DNA of 64,000 nucleotides, from positions 3,488,001 through 3,552,000 of the forward strand of contig CATQHZ020000001.1 of NCBI GenBank assembly GCA_958296135.2, written 5' to 3'. Source of the stretch: an uncultured Poribacteria bacterium (GTDB lineage: Bacteria > Poribacteria > WGA-4E > WGA-3G). Made by a program: the position numbers and the translations under genes. Positions 10,109 to 19,217 of the stretch are shown here, in pieces. Each line of letters begins with the position of its first letter. The first letter of the stretch is position 1. Under the pieces are notes generated by a model that worked only from the letters and a program-made list of their open reading frames with translations, did no database searches and was not told the origin of the DNA.

Positions 10109-10720
10109 ATGCCAAAATGTAAAAAGTCCGAAGGACATGCCATCGACTATGTTTATACCCTTCTGCCGAAATCAGAAGTGGATACCTTTGAACAACATCT
10201 CAAGACGTGCGCCGATTGCACCGAAGAGGTTCAGAGCCTCACAACTGTGCTGCGTCTGACAGACGACGCGCAGGCAGAGGTAACGCTACCCGCACGCGCG
10301 CTACAAGACATTGAGATGAACGTCTACAAACGGCTTACCGCCGCGCAACCTGCGCGTTCGCGCGTCCGTTCCTGGAGTGCCATATTCACCCAAATGTGGG
10401 AGAGGCATCGCATCGCCGCAGTGGGTTCCCTGGCCACAGCACTCATCGCAATCGCTGTTTTCGTTAGCACCCCCTTCCAACCCGGAAAAACGGTGCAGTT
10501 AGACGCAGCCCAATCCGCGGATGCCCGGATGGAGCAATACAGACAGCAGGATATCCAACGCAGCTTAGAGGAGGCACTGATCACGCATCACCTCCGCAAC
10601 GACGCATGGGAGACAGCGAGCCAGTTCCAACGAATGAAGGAGCAGGCACAAGGCACGAATTGGGTGAAGGTGGCGAATACGCATCTGCAGAACCTCCCCG
10701 CCAACGTCGCAGGATACTAG
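10109..10720 (+). CDS. Zinc-binding (ZAS, zf-HC2) transmembrane anti-sigma factor
   Basis: HxxxCxxC motif (HLKTCADC), one TM helix, RBS AGGAGG, directly downstream of the ECF sigma gene. Confidence 0.85.
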   Translation: MPKCKKSEGHAIDYVYTLLPKSEVDTFEQHLKTCADCTEEVQSLTTVLRLTDDAQAEVTLPARALQDIEMNVYKRLTAAQPARSRVRSWSAIFTQMWERHRIAAVGSLATALIAIAVFVSTPFQPGKTVQLDAAQSADARMEQYRQQDIQRSLEEALITHHLRNDAWETASQFQRMKEQAQGTNWVKVANTHLQNLPANVAGY

Positions 10721-10749
10721 CCGTAAACTACGCATCCCCCTGAAGGGGG

Positions 10750-11030
10750 GCGGGAAACTTTTGACCGCGGGTTCAGCCACGAAGTCGGGCAGCGTCGGTA
10801 TTCAGTCGCCATCCGGTGAGATACCGTGTCAGGACAGCATGCCAACGTGCGAACTAGAAGGAAAGAGCGGCACACTTCCCTGGTGTTCAAGCCGCCGATG
10901 TTGCGTGTGGATGGGGCAGCAGATACCCGCTCCGGCGGGAGTTAGCCCAGGGGACAGCTTAAGTCCCCCCTAACCTATAGGAGAAGAAACTGGCTGAGGT
11001 TTCCGCCAAGCAGCAAGGCTTGGGTTTCTT
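10750..11030 (+). ncRNA. Candidate structured non-coding RNA, family not recognised
   Basis: Nested long-range helices with G-U pairs, several hairpins and a terminal stem with a T-rich tail; no credible ORF. Confidence 0.5.
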
Positions 11031-11042
11031 AAACTTTCTTAA

Positions 11043-13061
11043 ATGAGCACACGAAAATCACTCGTTTTCTATCAGCGTTTGATGCGGCACTCTTGCCGCA
11101 AGAAGCGAATAGTGCACGCGCTGCTGATGTTCCTCTTCAGCATGACGCTGCTCACCGGCGCGCGCGCGCAATTTGACGAAGTCAACGCCTTAATTCAAGC
11201 AAAACGCTACCCAGAGGCAGTTACGAAACTGGAAGCACTTGCAAGGGCCGCTGTAAACGTCGACGCGCAAAGCTGGTGCTACTACCAGACCGGCGAAATC
11301 TACTACCACTACACGCAGCAGTACGTCAAAGCGGTGGCGGCTTACGACAACATCTTGAAACTTGAGAGAAAGGGACTTTCAACCGACGAACTCTTCCTCG
11401 CCGCCATTAAGAAGGGCGATGTCTACAGCCGAATGGGCAAATACGAGGAAGCAATCCAGACTTACCATACCCTCGTTGAATTGGCACCCGCAACGCATTT
11501 CGTGCATAAAACCGGCTTACAGAAAATTCGGGATATCCGCAACGCATTGGCTTCTCTCCACGTGCAACAGGAACTTGTCCGAACACACCACGGCACACCG
11601 CTCGCCGCCATCGCGCAATTTCAGATAGCCGAACTTTATCGCAATCCTTACCAACTCAATCGGCCAGAAAAGGCGATTGAGGCGTACGAGGGACTGCTGC
11701 AGGCGCACCCGGATGCCATCGTCGCGCCGGAAGCCCAATGGCGCATCGCGCATTTAAAGCACACCGCGCTCAATCAATTGCCATCGGCTATCGTCGCATA
11801 CCAGAAAGTCGCCGATACCTATCCTACCAGCAATTTCGCAGCGGAAGCACTTTACCAACTTGCAAACATCTATCGCACCTCCGGGGAGATAGCACAGGCA
11901 CTCCCCGTTTTCAAGACACTCCAACAGAAATATCCAAACTTCTGGAATATGCACGCCATCCTCTATTGGACCGGCGTGTGTCATGAAAAAAACAGGAACT
12001 ATCCAAAGGCGGTAGCGGCGTTCAAAACCTTCCTTCATGCCTATTTGCCACACCTTGAACCGGGCTATTTGGGCAAAATCTCCATGTATGACAAGAGCGT
12101 CGCCGAGGTGAAGGCATTCCTCCGTGCCAAGATTGAGAAACTTGAGGCGGAAATGTCCAAAGCAGAATCCGAACGGCTAGAGAAGGCAATCGCGGATGGC
12201 AACTTTAACGGGGCATTGACTATCGCTCGGAACCTCATCGCCACGGCCCCCAATACTGCTGACGCAGCGGCGGCCGCCGCACAACTCCATTCTATCGAAC
12301 ACCGCGCCGCCATCCAAAACCTGCGCGCGCAGATGCAGAACAACACGCTGCGCGATGCTGAAAACGCGAGGGCCCTGTTACAAATCGGCACCATCTATGA
12401 ACGGCAGTTGGCGGATTACCCGAAAGCGATTCAGGCATACCGAGAAGTGGCCGAGACATACGCCGAATTGCCTCACGCCGCTGAGGCACTCTATCGCACC
12501 GGGCTCGTTTATGCCGAACAACTCGCCGCACCCAACGAAGCACTAGCGGCTTACGAAAAGGTTATTCAGCAACACCCACACACGCTGCAGGCGATGATGG
12601 CAAACTTTCAGTTGGGCGAACTCTACAGAAAACTGCACCGCTACCCAGAAGCACTGCAGGCATACCAGACGACAATCGCGTATCCTGAGCGCGACCGGTA
12701 TCTCGCCGGCGGGTATAAGGATAGTTTCGCGGATCGCGCTCAATTTCGCATCGGCCGCGTCCACTACGATGACAGGCATTACCCAAAAGCGCGCTTCGCT
12801 TTCGAGGAGTTTATCCAGATTCGGCCACAGTCACCACGACTCGCCGCCGCTTATATTTACCTCGCCGTTATCCATCAAGAGCAAAATGAAAAGGGACTCG
12901 CAGTGACATCTTACGAAAAAGCAAAGGGACTGCTCACAAACAACCCCGTGCAAATGGCAATGCTCATTGACGAAGCGGGCACCCTCGGCTTCCAAGCCAC
13001 CGACGCGGCGGCGGTGACGCGTTTCCTTGATGAACAGTTGAAACGCCTTAATGATAAGTAG
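11043..13061 (+). CDS. Secreted tetratricopeptide repeat protein (YfiO/CpoB-like TPRs); start uncertain
   Basis: Repeated 'YP-S--A-EALY-LG--Y' TPR pairs and a signal peptide ending ARA-Q. Confidence 0.85.
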   Translation: MSTRKSLVFYQRLMRHSCRKKRIVHALLMFLFSMTLLTGARAQFDEVNALIQAKRYPEAVTKLEALARAAVNVDAQSWCYYQTGEIYYHYTQQYVKAVAAYDNILKLERKGLSTDELFLAAIKKGDVYSRMGKYEEAIQTYHTLVELAPATHFVHKTGLQKIRDIRNALASLHVQQELVRTHHGTPLAAIAQFQIAELYRNPYQLNRPEKAIEAYEGLLQAHPDAIVAPEAQWRIAHLKHTALNQLPSAIVAYQKVADTYPTSNFAAEALYQLANIYRTSGEIAQALPVFKTLQQKYPNFWNMHAILYWTGVCHEKNRNYPKAVAAFKTFLHAYLPHLEPGYLGKISMYDKSVAEVKAFLRAKIEKLEAEMSKAESERLEKAIADGNFNGALTIARNLIATAPNTADAAAAAAQLHSIEHRAAIQNLRAQMQNNTLRDAENARALLQIGTIYERQLADYPKAIQAYREVAETYAELPHAAEALYRTGLVYAEQLAAPNEALAAYEKVIQQHPHTLQAMMANFQLGELYRKLHRYPEALQAYQTTIAYPERDRYLAGGYKDSFADRAQFRIGRVHYDDRHYPKARFAFEEFIQIRPQSPRLAAAYIYLAVIHQEQNEKGLAVTSYEKAKGLLTNNPVQMAMLIDEAGTLGFQATDAAAVTRFLDEQLKRLNDK

Positions 13062-13223
13062 GGGGCGACAAGTAGGGGGCGACAAGTAGGGTGTCTTAGC
13101 GCAAACCGTTCCTCAGCCGCATGCGCCGCTGTTGCATGCTAATTCCCTGGTGGCATTTCTTTAAAACTTAACATCAAAAACGTAGTCATTGACAACGTCA
13201 ATGACAGATATACGGAGGAAGAC

Positions 13224-14132
13224 GTGATTGCACCAGAACCGTTATCAAACGCATTGCGAAAGACAGAAAACGTGTCAGCGACGCTCCTGAACGGCACTCT
13301 TCTCGCAAAGCGCATCCGCAGCCAGATTCGCAGCAAACTGAAAAAACTCACGTTCACCCCGGGCCTCGCCGTCGTGCAAGTCGGCGAAGACCCGGCATCT
13401 ACCATCTATATCAGACACAAACAGCGCGATTGTGAGAAGGTGCATTTCCATTCAGAAGTCCATCGTTTGCCGGCGGAGATTACCCAAGAGCGGCTCATTC
13501 AGCACGTCGAAGGCCTCAACGCCCGGCAGGATATTCACGGCATACTGGTGCAAATGCCGCTGCCCGATAGCATAGCGGCACAGCCGGTCATCGATGCCAT
13601 CGCGCCCGATAAAGATGCCGATGGCCTCACGCCTGTCAATTTAGGAAATTTGCTCATCAACCGGGAAAGGATTACGCCATGCACCCCAGCCGGGATTATT
13701 CATCTCATTGAATCTACAGGAAAGCCGGTCGCCGGTAAACAAGCAGTTTGTGTCGGTAGGAGTCAACTCGTCGGGAAGCCGGTCGGCTTGATGCTCCTCA
13801 ATCGCCACGCCACTGTCACCTATTGCCATTCACGGACAAAAAATCTGACAGAGGTGACACAATCCGCAGACATCCTCGTTGTTGCTGTCGGCAAACCTGA
13901 AATTGTCACCGCCGACATGGTGAAGCCGGGCGCGCTCGTCATTGATGTCGGCATTAACGCCATCGGACATCGCCTCGTCGGCGATGTCAAATTTGACGAA
14001 GTGAAAGAAGTCGCCGGGTTTATCACGCCGGTACCGGGCGGTGTCGGCCCGATGACTCGCGCAATGTTATTAGAAAACACGTTGAAATTAGCAAGGGCGC
14101 GCTCCCAAAGCGCGCCGAACCGAAGTATTTAA
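13224..14132 (+). CDS. folD: Bifunctional methylenetetrahydrofolate dehydrogenase/cyclohydrolase
   Basis: 'VQVGEDPAS-IYIRHK', 'GILVQMPLP', 'PCTPAG', 'GRSQLVGKP' and 'ITPVPGGVGPMT'. Confidence 0.96.
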   Translation: MIAPEPLSNALRKTENVSATLLNGTLLAKRIRSQIRSKLKKLTFTPGLAVVQVGEDPASTIYIRHKQRDCEKVHFHSEVHRLPAEITQERLIQHVEGLNARQDIHGILVQMPLPDSIAAQPVIDAIAPDKDADGLTPVNLGNLLINRERITPCTPAGIIHLIESTGKPVAGKQAVCVGRSQLVGKPVGLMLLNRHATVTYCHSRTKNLTEVTQSADILVVAVGKPEIVTADMVKPGALVIDVGINAIGHRLVGDVKFDEVKEVAGFITPVPGGVGPMTRAMLLENTLKLARARSQSAPNRSI

Positions 14133-14191
14133 GAATCTACCGGTAGGCGCAGTTTCTCACCGCGCACCACTACCGAAAAATGAGGACGATT

Positions 14192-14956
14192 ATGGCATTT
14201 CCAGGATTTGAATTGAAGGATAAGGTGATGTTAATCACTGGCTCCGGCAAAGGCATCGGCAGAGGCATCGCCCTCGCCGCAGCGCAGATGGGCGCGAAGG
14301 TTATCTTGAATAGCCGAACTCTCGCAGACTTGGAAGAAGTCGCCGGGGAGATTCACACGAACGGCGGCGAAGCGGAACCTGTGGTGTTTGATGTGAGCAA
14401 AATGGACGAGCTTGCGCGCGGCGCACAAGCCGCTATTGACGTATGGGGACGCATTGATATCCTCGTCAACAATGCGGGGACTAACCGCCCTAAACCTGCG
14501 CTTGAACTCAGCGAGGAAGATTGGGATGCAATCTATGATCTCAATCTCAAAGGGTTGTTCTTTTTGACGCAGACGCTGGTGAAACCGATGATAGCGCGGA
14601 AGAACGGGAAGATTATCAACATCTCCTCAACGATGGGATTGGTAGGCGGGCCGCTGCGCACGGCGTATTCGGGCAGTAAGGGCGGCGTTGTGCTATTAAC
14701 CAAAGGGCTCGCCGTGGAGTGGGCACCGCATAACGTCACCGTGAATGCCGTAGCACCGGCGTTCACTCGCACGCCGCTCGCAGATGTCCTCTTGCAACGC
14801 AAGGAATTTTATGAGGATGTCGTCCGCCGCATCCCGATGGGCCGCGTCGGCGAAGTCGACGAAGTCGTCGGGGCTGTCCTATTTTTAGCATCGGAAGCGG
14901 CAAACTGGGTAACAGGGCAAACCATTGCGGTTGACGGCGGTTGGGTGGCGTGGTAG
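14192..14956 (+). CDS. SDR family oxidoreductase (gluconate 5-dehydrogenase/KduD-like)
   Basis: TGSGKGIG, NNAG, YSGSK, TGQTIAVDGG. Confidence 0.9.
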   Translation: MAFPGFELKDKVMLITGSGKGIGRGIALAAAQMGAKVILNSRTLADLEEVAGEIHTNGGEAEPVVFDVSKMDELARGAQAAIDVWGRIDILVNNAGTNRPKPALELSEEDWDAIYDLNLKGLFFLTQTLVKPMIARKNGKIINISSTMGLVGGPLRTAYSGSKGGVVLLTKGLAVEWAPHNVTVNAVAPAFTRTPLADVLLQRKEFYEDVVRRIPMGRVGEVDEVVGAVLFLASEAANWVTGQTIAVDGGWVAW

Positions 14957-14963
14957 TTAGGCT

Positions 14964-15200
14964 CGTAGGGCGAGGGCCTGGTCCTCATTAGGCAGCATTC
15001 GTCCCTTTCACCGGAGGGCGAGGGAAAACCCGGCGAGCGCGAATCGCCGAGGGGAACCCTCGCCATCTTTCGACCGGGTCGAAAAATACCCGAGGCCCAA
15101 GGGCAGAAAACGTTTGATTTGTCTCCCTTCTGTAGGGAAACCAGCTCGCCTGAGCTTGACCTGTTGGGCCGGGCGGTAGACGGGCCCGAACTACAGAGCG
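14964..15200. repeat. REP cluster
   Basis: GTAGGGCGAGGG units with loop cargo, plus other GTAG/CTAC-flanked palindromes. Confidence 0.65.
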
Positions 15201-15341
15201 GAATCGCGTGTAAGATTTTCGCGCCGAAAGGTCTTTTTCTTGGCAATCCCGAAAAAAAGTGGTATCCTATTAAAGAATACCCAAGTGATGTGCCAATAAG
15301 GCACATAAATAGAAACGTCCACAAATTTAGGAGACAGAAAA

Positions 15342-17234
15342 ATGAAACGCTTTTTTGTTTTTGCAAGCCTTGCCCTCGCGCTGCTATTTCAATTCGGCTG
15401 CGCCACGGATGAACAACCCGAAATCCCGACAACCGCCGATTCATCGGTTATCAGCGCGCCACCGTTCGCAGGCGACGTTCACCTAGAAGATATGTCCGAG
15501 GACGAGGTGAGGGCTCTCTCGCAAAAAACACCCCTCGAAATGATTACCGTGCTGGAAGGCACAGCCAAAGTCAAACTTCAGGTGCGGTTCCGCGGGTTGC
15601 GAGATATCGGCTTAGGCTTCCCGGTCTACGAGTGTGAATTCATCGATCCTTCGGCAGATGCCTTAGGCGGTGTCTCCGCGGGAATGTCTGGAAGTCCAGT
15701 CGGCCCACCGGGGCGTGTCATGGGCGCGCTCGCTTATGGCCGCGGTTTCGCTAAAGCACCCTATCCGTTCTTAGTCACGCCGATTGACGCGATGAAGGCC
15801 GCGATCGACCATCGTACGCTGGGGGAATTCTTGGAAGAAGCTCCTGCTGCACCGATGCACAGTCTCTACGCGCCGGTAAAAACACCGGTGATGGTTAGCG
15901 GCATTCAGGCGCACCGCCTCCGAGAAATCTCGACGTATCTGGAAGGTAGCGCATTCGATTTTGTTGAATTCCATGCCACCTTTGATGGCGCGCCCGCCGC
16001 ACCGCCTGCTGGTTTCTCACCGCAACTTTCCGCAGGCGATATGATCGGTGTCGCACTCGTCACGGGCGATGTTACGAACGTCATCGGCTTCGGCACCGTC
16101 ACGCAGGTCTACGGCGATAAATTCGTGGCATTCGGGCACCCGATGTCTACCACGGGGTACGCTGCACTACCTGTCTACAAGGCCGGCGTTCGTGGCATCG
16201 AGACGAGCCTACAGTCATCAGCGAAATCCTCATACGCCATCGGCAACCCCATCGGCACCATAACCAAAGATCTCACGCCAACGATTGTCGGAGAGTTGGG
16301 GCCGGGGCCGGAAACCATTCCTGTAACGATTGTCTATCACCCTGTTAACAACAGTGCCATAGAGACACATCACGCTGTCGCTTACGGCAACGAACAACTC
16401 ATTGCAATCACTGTAGCAACTACCATTGACGCATTACGGATGGAGCGCAGCCCCGGCACGACAGAAGGCACTGTAACGCTTGCCTTTAAAGAGAGTGACA
16501 GCGTTTATACCGAGTCGTTCCGGATTGCGTCGGCCAATCCATTTAAGGAGGTGGTAGACACAGTGACTGCCATTGGCGCATCCTTCACAGACCTGCTTAC
16601 CAATAGCACCGGCAAGGCTACACTGAAATCGGTGTCCATCACTGTTACGGACAGACCACAGATTGTCCAAGCCGCAATCGATGAGATTATCGTTCCCGAT
16701 GAAATCACTTCGGGTGAGAGTGTCAACGTCACGGTAGTCTTGCTACCACATTGGAGTGTCGCGCCTGATGATGGCCGGACGATACAGAGAGACGTTGTGC
16801 TTGAAATCCCCGAGGGTTTCCCGGTGGGAGAGGCAACTATTACCGTTTCTGCCGCTGCAGGAGGGGGAACTCCCGAAGGCATTCCGCCTGAAGCCTTAGG
16901 GCAAGGACCGCCGCCGAATCCAGGCATTGGCTTCGATTTAGGTGAGCCAGCGGAACCTGCCCCTAAGAATTTGGACGAACTCATTGCGCAAAAGCTGGAA
17001 GAGCAAGTCGATCCCGGGTTAATCACGGTGACGCTGATGCCAGCAGGTTTCGGTCCAAACGTACCGCCGGTACCAGAGGAGGCTGCGCTGCCGCCACAAA
17101 ACGCGCCACCGCCCCTGCCTGTCGATATGGAGGAACTGCCGGATGTCGGGACTGAACTTGTGATTGATGGTTTTATCGTGACAGGCTCTCAAAGCGCGCC
17201 GATCATGATTTTACCGGCAGCGGATGGCGAATAA
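15342..17234 (+). CDS. SpoIVB peptidase S55 domain lipoprotein
   Basis: Lipobox FGC. Motifs 'GGVSAGMSGSPV...MGALAY' and 'GTVTQV...VAFGHP'. Pro-rich C-terminus. Confidence 0.8.
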   Translation: MKRFFVFASLALALLFQFGCATDEQPEIPTTADSSVISAPPFAGDVHLEDMSEDEVRALSQKTPLEMITVLEGTAKVKLQVRFRGLRDIGLGFPVYECEFIDPSADALGGVSAGMSGSPVGPPGRVMGALAYGRGFAKAPYPFLVTPIDAMKAAIDHRTLGEFLEEAPAAPMHSLYAPVKTPVMVSGIQAHRLREISTYLEGSAFDFVEFHATFDGAPAAPPAGFSPQLSAGDMIGVALVTGDVTNVIGFGTVTQVYGDKFVAFGHPMSTTGYAALPVYKAGVRGIETSLQSSAKSSYAIGNPIGTITKDLTPTIVGELGPGPETIPVTIVYHPVNNSAIETHHAVAYGNEQLIAITVATTIDALRMERSPGTTEGTVTLAFKESDSVYTESFRIASANPFKEVVDTVTAIGASFTDLLTNSTGKATLKSVSITVTDRPQIVQAAIDEIIVPDEITSGESVNVTVVLLPHWSVAPDDGRTIQRDVVLEIPEGFPVGEATITVSAAAGGGTPEGIPPEALGQGPPPNPGIGFDLGEPAEPAPKNLDELIAQKLEEQVDPGLITVTLMPAGFGPNVPPVPEEAALPPQNAPPPLPVDMEELPDVGTELVIDGFIVTGSQSAPIMILPAADGE

Positions 17235-17299
17235 ATATGTCAGGGCGGATGTCGTTAATTATCCGCCCTTTTCCATTTTTCTCTCTGAATCCTCGCCAG

Positions 17300-17840
17300 G
17301 CACCGGTCGTCACAGAAACCGTCCTTAGGCACCTCAGCCAAGGACGATTCTCGCATAAGTCGGGAGATCGCGGGGGACAGGCCCCCGCGCTACGGGCAAA
17401 GAAGGCGGTTTTCTTCGCGAGCGCGGGGGACAGTGGACATCTCTGCAGCGAGGCTGCAGAAAGGACAACGTTTCGGCGTAACGGCCCTCGCGCTACGGGC
17501 AAAGAAGGCGGTTTTCTTCGCGAGCGCGAGGGATAGTGGACATCTCTGCAGCGAGGCGGCAGAGAGGACAACGTTTCGGCGTAACGGCCCTCGCGCTACG
17601 GGCAAAGAAGGCGGTTTTCTTCGGAATCGCGGGGGACAGGCCCCCGCGCTACGGCTAAGTCCCGCTCCTGCCACCGTAGGGCGAGGGCCTGTCCCTCGCC
17701 ATGCACCGGTCGTCACAGAAACCGTCCGCGGCTTCTGGGCTGCGGACGTTTTTCGTGTCGGTCGAGAGATCGCGGGGGACAGGCCCCCGCGCTATGATGC
17801 GGCGGTAGGTTTCGCCGGGGACGCAGCACCGCGCTACGCT
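17300..17840. repeat. REP array including two tandem ~103-bp units, each carrying the 50-bp loop insert
   Basis: Units at about 17386-17488 and 17489-17591. Direct repeat GCACCGGTCGTCACAGAAACCGTCC at 17300 and 17703. Confidence 0.85.
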
Positions 17841-17854
17841 CAAAGAAGCGAATT

Positions 17855-18931
17855 TCATTTCCCTTCCATATAACACCGCACAATATCAATAATCAGCGCG
17901 ATGTCATGCCGAGCCGATTCCAAGGACGTATAACACGCCGCGCCTTCAGTGATACACTCGTGGAAATGCCGCAACTCCCGCACGAACGCGCTCTCCCATT
18001 CCACCGCAGGATTTTTGCTATAGGTTACCCCATCCGCATCGATGCCGTGTATCGTCACCTCCGACAGAATGCCGCGCGAGAAGCCAGTGGGATAGGAGAC
18101 CAGCACCCGTTTGTCATCGCCGTAAATCTCCAACGTCTCTTTGAAGTCCCACAGGTCAGGTAGATCTACCCAGGTCGCGATGCAGCGCGCCCCGTTCGGA
18201 TACGCAAACACGATGCTCACGCCGCGGCCATCAGCCCAGACTTCCGCGCTCACCACCTCACTCGGCGAACCGAGCATCACGCGCAGGCTATAGATGTCAT
18301 GAATCATGCTGCCGGCCAGCAAGAAGAAAGCGCGTTGGGCATCCGGGGATATCTCACCAATTGCTTGGGCGAGTGCCTTTTCGCGCGCCGCGCCCGCAGG
18401 TTTAAACGCCTCCGGCGGCACATCGTTGAACCGCTCCACGTCAAACTGACTCAAGTGCAAACTATTGTTCGGATGCAGGTGGTTAATCTGAACGAAGCGA
18501 TAACTCTTCATGGTATCCACTTCGCGCTTGGCAAGTTGAAAGGCAGGATCATGCACTTTCATATAGCCTGCCTGCGCAACGGTGCCAGCCTTCCGTTGGG
18601 CAGCGAGCATTGCATCCATCTCTTCAAGCGAAAAGCAGACCGGTTTCTCAATGAAGACATGTTTTCCTGCCTCAAACGCGGCGAGTGCTACTTCTGTCTT
18701 CGGGTCCCCGTGGCAGAGCAGCACTGCCTCTACGTCTGTTTTGAGCAATTCGGTGTAATCTGTGACGAAGTCGGGGATATGGAATCGCTGCGCCACTGCC
18801 TTCGCCGCACCGGGCGACAGGTCACAGACAATCGGCACCTCAAATTCACGATGTAGTTCAGCAAGGTTGGGAAGGTGTTGGACCTGCGCAATCGCTCCAC
18901 ACCCGATAATCCCAATACGGACACGGCTCAT
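17855..18931 (-). CDS. Gfo/Idh/MocA family oxidoreductase
   Basis: 'RIGIIGCGAIA' and 'AGKHVFIEKP'. Confidence 0.9.
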   Translation of the reverse strand: MSRVRIGIIGCGAIAQVQHLPNLAELHREFEVPIVCDLSPGAAKAVAQRFHIPDFVTDYTELLKTDVEAVLLCHGDPKTEVALAAFEAGKHVFIEKPVCFSLEEMDAMLAAQRKAGTVAQAGYMKVHDPAFQLAKREVDTMKSYRFVQINHLHPNNSLHLSQFDVERFNDVPPEAFKPAGAAREKALAQAIGEISPDAQRAFFLLAGSMIHDIYSLRVMLGSPSEVVSAEVWADGRGVSIVFAYPNGARCIATWVDLPDLWDFKETLEIYGDDKRVLVSYPTGFSRGILSEVTIHGIDADGVTYSKNPAVEWESAFVRELRHFHECITEGAACYTSLESARHDIALIIDIVRCYMEGK

Positions 18932-19012
18932 AGTTTCTAACCTCTAGCAAATCATCTTGATTCTGTGTGCCTATCGTATCATATCCATGAAATTGATGCA
19001 ATTTTTCCACCG

Positions 19013-19072
19013 GTAGGAGGGACATCCTTGTCCCGATTCGGTATGCATCGAGACCGGGAGGTCTCTCCTACG
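19013..19072. repeat. Inverted pair of second-class REPs (GTAGGAGAGAC type)
   Basis: GTAGGAGGGACATCCTTGTCCCGAT...ATCGAGACCGGGAGGTCTCTCCTAC. Confidence 0.7.
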
Positions 19073-19154
19073 GGTGGGGTTTCGCTGCACCCGAATTACC
19101 CGTTTATTTCTTCAAACCTCATCCGGTCTTGACTTACAACGCAGCCGATTTTCA

Positions 19155-19183
19155 TTGACAACGAAACCGAAATCTTGCATAAT
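19155..19183 (+). promoter_or_regulatory. sigma70 promoter
   Basis: TTGACA-17 nt-CATAAT. Confidence 0.6.
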
Positions 19184-19217
19184 AATGGAAACAGACACTC
19201 TTCCGGAGGCAGTAGAT

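Noticed and set aside
13057-13092. 14-bp tandem repeat AAGTAGGGGGCGAC at the TPR stop codon
   Set aside because: Only about 2.5 copies; probably local slippage or a REP-end relic.
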